This document shows positions 54,480 through 64,000 of a stretch of DNA of 64,000 nucleotides, one piece after another. Where the stretch lies: positions 868,001 through 932,000 of the forward strand of contig JAYWIR010000029.1 of assembly GCA_036172245.1 (NCBI GenBank), written 5' to 3'. The stretch comes from Raillietiella orientalis. Its lineage: Eukaryota. The notes under the pieces were generated by a model, which was not told where the DNA came from, did no database searches, and saw nothing but the letters and a program-made list of their open reading frames with translations. A program made the position numbers and the translations under genes. Each line of letters opens with the position of its first letter. Position 1 is the stretch's first letter.

Positions 54480-55121
54480 TTAAATGACCGCCAACTGGAC
54501 GCGGATTTTCTCAAGAACTGTTAGTGGAGGAAACCAACGAGCGTCAGGACGAGCGTTTCGTCACAGAGATGTAAAGTTTTTCGTTCTGAGCACTCCAGCC
54601 AGCTTTGTATTTCCACTGTACAGAACATTCGGTTTCAAAATTACTCATATTTCTTTTTATATCGTATTGCTATCCATTACCGCTTTCGTAAAACAGTCTG
54701 CCAAAGTCGTTTCCGGCTACTGAAAGGAAAATCTGGTACTATTTCTTAGTGAAGCAACTTTTAACCGTGCTCATGACCATTTTTTTTTTGTACAAATGCA
54801 AGGTCGTATCGGTAGACTCGTGTTCGTTGTTTTTTTCCTCTAAAGAAACCCTTTAAAAGGCCTAATGACAGCACTGAAGCAACTAGTAGAAAGATAAGTA
54901 CTATGATGAAAGTTTTGAACATCATTTTCGGGAATAAAACATCAGCATACGGTGGATTTGGTACTGGTAGCCTTTCCGGTTTCCACGACCGGAACTGGTC
55001 GGAAAGGTTTGAAGTGCATACAAATGCCCCAAAACAAAAAAACACGTTCTCCTACATGAGTCACAGACCTCTCGATGTAAAATCCAACGTAATGGTTGCC
55101 TTTGAAGCAAATGATCCTGTA
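54480..55121 (-). CDS. Putative unannotated multi-exon gene with one hydrophobic helix (signal peptide or TM), unknown function
   Basis: Exon 54994 (or ATG 54925)-54766 encodes MMFKTFIIVLIFLLVASVLSLGLLKGFFRGKKQR. It is followed by GT-AG introns of 46 nt (54765-54720), 65 nt (54680-54616) and 47 nt (54564-54518, ending CTAACAG) that keep an open frame to TAA at 54482-54480. No recognised homology. Confidence 0.4.
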
Positions 55122-55309
55122 CTTTAGGGAGAGTAAAAATTGATCAAATGCACTGAACGACAAAATATGGTTCTCTTTTATTATGAGTAGCATGATCCTT
55201 ATTGAAGACAGGTGCTGCTCATTTAAAGTATTTCATGGAGAGTATAATGGAGACATCTGAGTGTTTCCCTCTATCTTCATTGGACCGTGTCCGGAAACTA
55301 CGATGTATA

Positions 55310-56908
55310 TGTTACGGTTCAAGTGATTAATCGGTTTATATTAATAATTACTGGCTGTTATTAATAACAACGAAATAAAATGGTCAAAGTGATTAATGAG
55401 TCAGAATTAATCGCATGGACCGGTAATTATGATTAATTCACAACTGTCACTGGTAGATGTGATAATTTTCAACGCGTCAAGTTCGAGGCTCGCGAGGAGT
55501 AGAAAAATGGTGTACTCACGCACGGTGGTATTTTTCCACCGTGCGTGAGTAACCGCATGTGCCACCCCCCCACGCCCACCCCCTACGTGCTCCGGCGAGA
55601 AAGGAGAAGTCTCGGTGTGTTCTCAAATTGGCTGTAAAGGCTGCAAACCTAAAGGAGGTTTGGAAACACACTTGCCAGTCGGTGCTTTGTCAGACATCAC
55701 GAGGGAAGAAGATCTCGAGACGGCATGAAAAGATCAATCGAATGGCGATGTCGAACTTCGGAGAATCATCTCAAAGGAGGATGACGATAGGGGGGCAGGG
55801 AATCATGGCAATGCGGAAGCGGAAATGGATGATTCGCGTCAAGACTTGCAGTTAATAACTGTTGGAGATCCAAGCAAATGTAGAAATAAGAGTGTTAGCC
55901 AAATCAAAGACGAGCAACACTCTTCTGAAATAGAAAAGATCGATGAGAAAGATATCAAAGTAAAAAATATTTGAATTCGTGAAGAAGAAAAAACCAGGAA
56001 GATTCTTCTTTTGCACTCAATGAAATCTCTGAGATGATTCAAGAAGCTCGAAACTCTGCCAAGCAGACACTGGAAAAGCAAGCTGAAAAAATGTTACGAC
56101 TTTCGAAGACTTAAACGCACAATGGCGGATGTAGGGGAGAGAGAGTTCGGATAGGGCTACCAGATGCAGATAGGGCTAAAGCCCATAACCGTAATATTAT
56201 AGCTGTTGTAATTTCTACTGAAAATGGAAACCTGTACAAACTCGGTACAAAATGTGGCATTTAAAACCAACTCTACACAAGGTACGAATATGCCGTCAGC
56301 AAGGAAACTTTTATTTCAGTTCATGAAGTTCCAGATATTGGAATAAGTGTAAGAGAATGTGCTCGCAAGAATTCTAATTTAGATGGTCAATGATTCCAAT
56401 ATTGCAGCTGTACAGGCGATTGAAACCCAAAGTGTTGCAAATGTGAAAAGGCAAAAATCCTTTGTAATTCCAGATGCTGTTTCTACAGAAATAAATAGTT
56501 TGTTTATAACCGCATAATAACGTTAAATCCATGCCTTGTTACCGTATTCTTCCCCTTCCTTTATAAAAATCAATATTGTAACTAATTTATATAAGTTTGT
56601 CATAATTTTGTCTCATTTGAATGTCATGATATTGTATAATTTTGTCATAAGTCTGTTTTTTCTTTGTTCTTTTTGGATTTGCCAACAACTTGGTTACGTA
56701 ATAAATAATGCATGTATGTTTTAATACTAATAATGTAATGAAACATGTTTTTATTAAATTTACCAGGCTTCACTGGTAAATTTAATAATATTTACCGGTA
56801 AATGTAATTATTACGTGCTTTTATTCAATTTGACCTTTTTACTTGGTAATAACCAATACCAGCCAGTAATCATTAATACTAGCCAGATTTATTACATGAA
56901 CCGTAGCA
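55310..56908 (+). mobile_element. Internally deleted Ginger2/TDD-like DNA transposon (KRBA2/SCAND3-like integrase C-terminus)
   Basis: Imperfect TIRs of at least 50 bp, TGTTACGGTTCA... and ...TGAACCGTAGCA, flanked by a TATA 4-bp TSD (55306-55309, 56909-56912). Internal decayed ORF LEKQAEKMLR..LPDADRAKA..NIIAVV..YKLGTKCG..ISVRECARK..GQ*FQYCSC..CCKCEKAKILCNSRC. Confidence 0.75.
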
Positions 56909-59474
56909 TATATACATATATTCTGACTTTATCAAAGATTGAAGACGCACAAAGTTAATAACTTAATGAATATCAGTTACTGAAGACATTTCTTCTGAAT
57001 CCAGAAAAAGGAACCAAAGTTGATTACAAGTTCAGGAAAGTATTTTCCAACACATTCAAGAAAATATATATATACATAAACATACATATACCATGATGTA
57101 TTTTCATATTATGAAAATACTGATACCTATTAAGTATCACAATATTACCCTCCATTCAAAATGCAAACCTCACTGGAAAACTAGAAAAGAATAAGTTAGC
57201 TAAGAACTTCTGAAAGCTTTAGCTAATTTTCATACAGCATGAAAATGTCTACACTGAGAACACCCATACTCGAAAATTTCTTCTGGCATTACCAATAGCA
57301 GCATGTGAGCAATATGAGATTACTATCTCCTTAATCCTCTTTCAGTATTATTCAATAATTTTTTAATACTTTTTAAGGTGCTCCTACCAAACTTATTGAA
57401 ACATATTACGATAACTTTTTTCATTTAATGTGCTTGAGCTGCCATGTCGAAGATGTGACACTTTCTTTTCCTTTTTCTCATGAGAATACTCTTGCAAGCT
57501 TTTTCGCGAAATCTTTAAACTTCTAAAAATTTATGTAAACCATTTTCCATAAAATCTTTCCATAAACTTCACTTTTCGTGCTCTGAGAGCATGCACGCCC
57601 AACTTCGATCTCACTTCGTACCTAGTTTATTGCAATAACCTGCTACAATAGTTTAAATGAAAAGACCGAGATAGCAAGCGCATGTTTGCAGTGTTCGCAT
57701 AGTATTTTTCCAAGAAAATCAGAAAAATAATCACACAGTTAATTAGGCCAACCCATTGTCCCCATCGTTCTTCACAAAAAAGCACTGTAGAATGCAGTTA
57801 TTTTCGAGCAAGTAGCACTTTTCATTGTAGCTACAAATTGAATGGATTAAATTCTTTTAAAAGTATTACACAAATAATCACAGTCAGTGAATATTTGGTA
57901 AATTATATTTTGACTATGTTAGTCAGGCAACACAGCATTTATATAATTTTTCTGGATTTCTGATCATTTGGTCTTAGGTATGCTCCCAAACATGTTCTGA
58001 TGAGATTGCTCAACCGAATAATAAAAAACCCTTTTAGTTGGTTATCTTAGCTCGCGTATGTAGTACTGCTCTTATTACTAATCATCTGATCAGATCATTA
58101 GGAGGTTCGGAAAAAACGTTTTCAACAGTTGAAATTGTTTCCATTCTGCATTTATTCATTGTGTGCTTTCTTAGCTGGTTTCATTGTAATATTGTTTCCT
58201 GTCTAACAGTAAGTAAATTACTTGGAGCTTTCATTTATATTTTTCATTTGTTGAATTATTTATTTGTTTTTTACTTATCGATAGCTTGTATTTTTTGTCC
58301 ATTGTATTGTTGATTTAGTGTTTTGGAGCTCTAAAGTGGAATACAAAGTTTATAAGTCTTATGTTAATATACAAGAATATTTTGCATATTCTTTGATGAC
58401 CATATGTTTTCAGCTTTCAAATTCCAGTTCGTCCAGGAGAGCCTTTTTTGCTGTGAACACAACAGCGAAAGGTGTATCAAAACTAATTGAGGACTCATTC
58501 TTCGTTTGCTTCTCGACTCAATATTTATTTAATTCATGGCATTCTTTACTGCAAGTAAAGAAAATCTAGAATGTATGCGAGTTGGTTATTCAAGAATTTA
58601 GAAGGTCCTTAGTTTTCGTGGATTTAACTTTATGAAAAATGGGAACGGGTGCTTTCCAGAGAGAAAACGAAGGATTTATTGAGTGTACGTTGGCCCTCCG
58701 TACAATGTACTGATTCAAAGGCACATAAAGAAAGATTTATGAATCTGAATGTTATTAACTTTAATACGAATGTTATATTTGAAAGTAAGCTAACAGCAAG
58801 ATCTCTGTGATGCAAACGCACTTTCTTTGAGTTGAAGGCAGAATAAGTGTTTGTGGAAAATTCTCCAAAGGGCCCTATGGTTTCATATTGTAACAATAAA
58901 TTCTCGAAATTAATGTAATCTCAAATAGATGCATGCTGCAACCGTATGAGTGCTCACTCGCATACGTCAAGTTTTCAGATACGTTTGCAGTATTTCACGC
59001 GGATGAGTAAATTTTATGGAAAAGTTAGCGCTTAGGTTCCATTTACCTGTTACAGGCCCCTAACTCTGTGAGTAGGAATATTTGTTCCTGAAACAAGCTT
59101 ACATGGTTTAAAATAAATCAACTCAAAGATCTGTTCACAACGATCCATCAACTTAGGACAATGGCTAGTATGCTTGCAACTGTGGTTTTGTATGTTCTAG
59201 GTCTTGTTTATCGACAAAAAGAGGACTGATAAAAAAAAAAAAAAAAAATACAGATTGTATCTCAAACTCGCTTGTTACTTTCGTTAGCGGTACTTAAGTC
59301 CTTTGTGTGAACAAATTGCAAAGTGGAAAATTATAAAACATCATTGGAAACATAGAAGTATTTTGAAATGATATACGTGGTGATTTTAGGCAATATATGA
59401 GTAATAAAAAACTTATGTGTGGTGTAAACCCTAGGTGAATAAATTTAAATTGAAATAATTATGTTATTTAAAAA

Positions 59475-61696
59475 ATGAAAATGCTAATGCAATCATTACG
59501 TATAGTGTGTATAGTCAGTTTTGTCTGGCTGCACACAGTTGAAAATGTGATGGGATCCCTCAATTTAGAAGAATTAGATTCTATCAATTATGGAATAGAT
59601 ATTGTGGACATTCCTACGCTAGCTAGTCAAGTGAGTTGATTGTAGTGTGTTGATTTAATTTCACTATATTTAGGAGAATAGTGATGATGAAGGATATATG
59701 TTTCTGTCTTCAAAGTTTGGTCAACAATACCAGTGTGCTTTACCCAATCTTACATCAATTATTGTATCTGCTGTGAATAATAATCGAAGCAGTAATGAAA
59801 GTAGCTATGATATAGATATTGTTCAGCTTTTGAGCCCAATGAGGACTATGTCTTGCCTGTTGCGTACAATTGACTGGTGGACTTATGAATTCTGTTATGG
59901 TGTGAACATCAAGCAGTATCACTTAGAAGGTTAACAAGATCCGAAATGCATCAGTTGCTTTAAAGTGTTATTCAGATGGAAAACAAGGAAATGTAATTTA
60001 TCTGGGATATTTCGAGTCAGATGAAACTGAATTGGGCCAGGAGCACTCAGGGCAATTGCGTTTCCATAAACAGCTGTATAGCAATGGTACAGAATGTGAA
60101 GTGACAGGAAAACCACGCCAAACTGAAGTGCGTGTACGTATAATTGAGGTTTTTCGAATCTATTTACTGATAAGATTGTAGTTCTTTTGCAAAGAAGGAG
60201 CAATGGATTTCATTAGTCGTGTAGAAGAGTCTGAGTCATGTCATTACATTTTATCCATTCATACAGCACGTATCTGTTTACATCCCCTGCTGGTTCCTTT
60301 ACCCCCAAAAGTTTTCCATAATATCATATGTCAGCCAAGTCTGAGTGCCTCTCAGTATGAATTGTACAAACGGTGGGAAAATGGTAAGTGTCATAGTAGT
60401 AGAAACCCATGCAAATGTAAAGTAGCACAAGAATTAAAGGAAGCCTCGGAGCAACAAGCCATGCTAGCCAAAGAAGATAGCATCTTGGATGATGATGACC
60501 AGTTGACTGAGCATAATGAACCAACCAGTAAGTATGAGACATCTCAAGAGATTGAACAGGGAAGGTTCATGTGTTAGAGGAAGATGAAGAGCTATCAGTG
60601 AATGAACCTCATATGGATGGTGATGAAAGTGCTACTTCTGATAAAGAAAACATCCCATTGTTAGAGTCTTCACAAGTAGAACAACTTCTCCAACGTGTTG
60701 ACAAAGCTGTGTCTGATTTATTAGCAGGCTCTCCTGATGCATTGCACTCTTTATTGCGGGATTTAGCAACTGAGGTGAGGCAAAAATGTAGAACAGACAT
60801 AATTGTTAGGTTAGCCAGTAGGACAGATTTTGACTAAACACTGGCGTCATATGCTACAGCAAATTAACCAACAACTGTCTGCTATTTTGACCCAAATGGA
60901 TCATTCAGAAAATGAATTGGGCTCTATCATGGGTCAGCTGGAACAGCTTGGTGTGATAACGAAATTCTTTGCCAAGTATTTCCAAACTCAAAAAAGCCAA
61001 GAATCCGCAGAGGATTCTAAAGAGAAAACTTATGAAACCAATGTTCAAGAAAACCAAGATGAGCATAAATTCGATGAAGATATCGACTCCCCTTCCCAAA
61101 ACTCTAAAGAAGAAGTGAGCACATCCCAGACTTTGTTGGCATCTTTGAAGCATATTCAAGATTTGTTAGACAAAGATTTTCATAAGGAAGATGATTCAAG
61201 TGTTGAAAGTAATACCAATTCACAAAATGAATTATTGAAGAAATTAGATAAGAAATTAGAAAAACTACCAAGCAAATTGAAGAATACTTATAAAGATTTG
61301 AAGAGAAATTTTGAAGAAGGAATTGAAAAGAAGCTGAAAGAACGGGGTATTTCTACAGGTAGATTTAAGCTCTGAAGAGAGTTATAACACAGCCTTTTTT
61401 CCAGGCAAAAAAATTCACATTAGGATTCTTACTTCTTGGGGTGAAGGAGATGATGAATTAAGTATGCTTAATAAGGAGGAATCATCTACATTCCAGGATA
61501 TGATAGTTCAGCTACTGGTAAATTTTTTGTTCTTCCATTTTTTTGTCCTTAAAATTATCTGTTTATGATATAGTCAAGCTCACAAGCAGCAGAACGAGAT
61601 GCACATCATCATCAGGAACTGGAGAAAGCATACCAAACTGATTGGTCAAAGATTTTGAATTCTGATGAAAATGAAAACAAAAAAAAGGACCAATAA
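59475..61696 (+). CDS. OS9: Protein OS-9, ER lectin with MRH/PRKCSH domain (ERAD), about 612 aa
   Basis: Nine exons: 59475-59630, 59674-59929, 59976-60133, 60182-60383, 60426-60527, 60578-60774, 60827 (or 60815)-61358, 61405-61517, 61574-61696; total 1839 nt in frame. Signal peptide, then GSLNLEEL..YGIDI, SSKFGQQYQCALP, CLLRTIDWWTYEFCYG..IKQYHLE, YSNGTECEVTGKPRQTEVRFFC, ISRVEESESCHYILSIHTARICLHP, and C-terminal GKKIHIRIL..W, all matching OS-9 motifs. Confidence 0.93.
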
Positions 61697-61934
61697 GTTT
61701 TCATGGTCTGAGTACTTGATTGAAGTGAAGTAAACAAAGCAAGAATGCCTATTTTGATATTTACTGGGAGAGTAATGTATGTGTTTGCTGAATTGCTATC
61801 ATTGTTTCATTGTAATGTTTGATTTGCATTGTCAAATAGGAATTTTGTATTGTTTAAGTTGTTTTAATTATCTGTACTGACTGAATTCTATACAAAGAAT
61901 GATGCTGTGATTCATTTGTAATTACATCCCTAAA

Positions 61935-61940
61935 AATAAA
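61935..61940 (+). promoter_or_regulatory. Polyadenylation signal of OS9
   Basis: AATAAA about 240 nt after the stop codon. Confidence 0.45.
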
Positions 61941-64000
61941 TTGTATTTATACTATGCCCAGCAAAATTTATTTTCTATAGCATCAAATATTTTAGATCCA
62001 AAACAGCAAAAATGCCCATGTCTGCAAGTTTTAAACAAAGTTTTTGGAACAGCAGCAAGGGTGTATAACATTTGTCACTCCAAATTTTCATTTGTATTTT
62101 TTTTCCATACGTTTTGGTCATTTGATGTTAATGGTAGTCTTTGTAAAGGAACATCGTCGTAAATGACATACCCATATAATGACATAATGCATATTAAGTT
62201 ATGTAATTTTTTTATAAGGTAAATTTCTTTGAATTTTTGAAAGGAAAAACCCCCTAAATGTGTAATTTCAAAGTTTGGTTAGAACTCGTGTTTTTTATCC
62301 TTACAGTGATCTACCGAATCTAAAACTTGAGATCCTACTTTGTATTCGTAATGTAATGTATTCCCATGCATCCAGGGTCAATCTGGAACTATGAATCTCT
62401 CGAATCGTTTTCTTAAATAGGCCGAAATAGAGTGTGTCATTGCGAAGATCAAATGCTCATTTATCATTGATGACAGGAAATCGGAAGAAAGTGGCTCTTT
62501 ATTTTGGTAATTTTCACGCCATATCGTGTCTACATTCTTCTAAATTGGATCTGCCATCCGTGACACACACACACACACATTACATTTCTATAATCTTCGT
62601 CTGCTGGCATGGAGTCAGTAATAAAATATTGGTATTAAACATTTCATGCTCTTTTATTGGTTCTGCACTTTTGACTGAAATGAAGAGTTTGACTTCGTGT
62701 TGTAGGCCGCTGATATCTCGGAAGTTTCACACTTTTGCACTTTCTTTACAAAGTTGGTTGGCAGATGAGAACTGAAAAAACGTGCAGCAGCTCATTCCCA
62801 TACAAAATGTACTCTGGTGAAAGAATATTTCTTGAAAAAGGATTTCCAAGGCATCTTTAGTTTTGAGTCATAAATAAATTGTGAGGGAAGTTTCTAGAGT
62901 TTGACTAATGGTTTTTTGGAAGGAATTTGACACACGGTTTTTCGGAAGGCACAGTGTTTTTTAAACACCCATTAATGCCTTTACTAGGATTTCCCATGCA
63001 ATACAAATCGACACCTAAATGCTTAGGGATACGTGGACGAGGCCAAAGTGTGAGACAGCATCAATATCTGACCCGATATTTCCTCATTACAATTTTGTAG
63101 GAACGAAACTTAATCAGCTAAATAAAAAAAAAGAAAAAAGCTTATAGAAAAAAGGTAATTAAACTTAATCACCTTTTTTTTTTCCGTTGGCTTTCGAGGA
63201 ATTAAACGGCCTTGCCCGGATTTTTATATTCAAGCAGAACTAGTACGAATATGAATATAAATAATGCGTGATAAATTGTCATTCCAAATGTATTCGATAC
63301 AATTAAATAGTGTCAGCATCCTAACAAGCTGATGATAACCACAGCGAATTTTTGTACGCCTTAGAAACGCTGTGGATTTCGAATTGTGGATTGCTTGAAT
63401 CACATTCACGGCATCGCTGTTTACATCATGAAACTCAAATTTGAAAGTATTCTGTTTAATCGAAATTCTTCAAGGAGGTTTTTCTTCATCTTTTTTTTTT
63501 TTTTTTTTTTTTTTCCGATGATGACACTGAGTCTGTTCGCGAAAAGAATTTTCTCGGCCCCAGACATTTTAGCATTGATTCGTAAAGTTTTCACAAGGGA
63601 CAGGTATAAAAGATTCCTGAAATCTATTTTCCGACATGTTTTTGTGCTTATGCTTTTAGAATCAGCTCATAGGGCTAATAAATTATGGGTTCACTGAAAT
63701 TTTTTTCGGATATCTGTCCAGAAAAAAAAAAATTCAAAAGGTCAAGAAATTCAAAAAGCCAGATTTTCTTTCATTCAAGGTGACAACGTATAGCAAACAG
63801 ATTGTTTCTTGGATTCCTTTATCTCAAGATCCACATTCGTCTTTTTTTTTTATTTTGCATTTGTCCAGCCAGTCATCAGTCCACAATCTTTTTGATTCTC
63901 AGCTCATACGAATATTTAGATCATTTATTAAGATTTATGTTTATGTACAATTCTTTTTTTCTCGTTTATTTGCATGATCATAATGTACTGAATGCATACA

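Noticed and set aside
58330..59360. In-frame TGA codons suggesting Trp/Sec recoding
   Set aside because: The three intact genes use the standard code, filzig ends in TGA, no SECIS was seen, and the frames show no homology.
1..64000. CRISPR arrays, rRNA, tRNA, or prokaryotic operons and defence systems
   Set aside because: No regularly spaced repeats or RNA-gene signatures were seen; the window is spliceosomal eukaryotic DNA.

Overview
Eukaryotic genomic DNA, almost certainly arthropod (species not determinable). Three intron-containing genes can be assembled by hand from GT-AG splice sites. (1) A 5'-incomplete Stubble-family trypsin-like serine protease resembling Drosophila Notopleural (+, about 5.2-19.7 kb). 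(2) A convergent Stubble-family protease resembling filzig/lint (-, 36259-27846, about 579 aa). (3) An OS-9 ER lectin (+, 59475-61696, about 612 aa). The genome uses very short introns (about 40-56 nt). Between and inside the genes are a decayed intronless Methuselah-like GPCR pseudogene, two diverged 3' ends of an L1/Tx1-like LINE with covarying 3'UTR hairpins, a fold-back mariner derivative built from two 3' ends, a Ginger2/TDD-like element with two perfect 16-bp subterminal hairpins, a hAT-type MITE, and weaker Penelope, Harbinger and Tigger remnants. Candidate novelties are a degenerate HDV-like ribozyme fold at 34.6 kb, a G.U-rich structured RNA-like tract at 37.5 kb, a hidden short-intron orphan membrane/secreted-protein gene at 54.5-55.1 kb, several near-perfect 16-23 bp hairpins, and a GC/CpG step near 50 kb. 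No clearly new biological system is proven from sequence alone. All homology calls rest on recalled motifs; no search was run.
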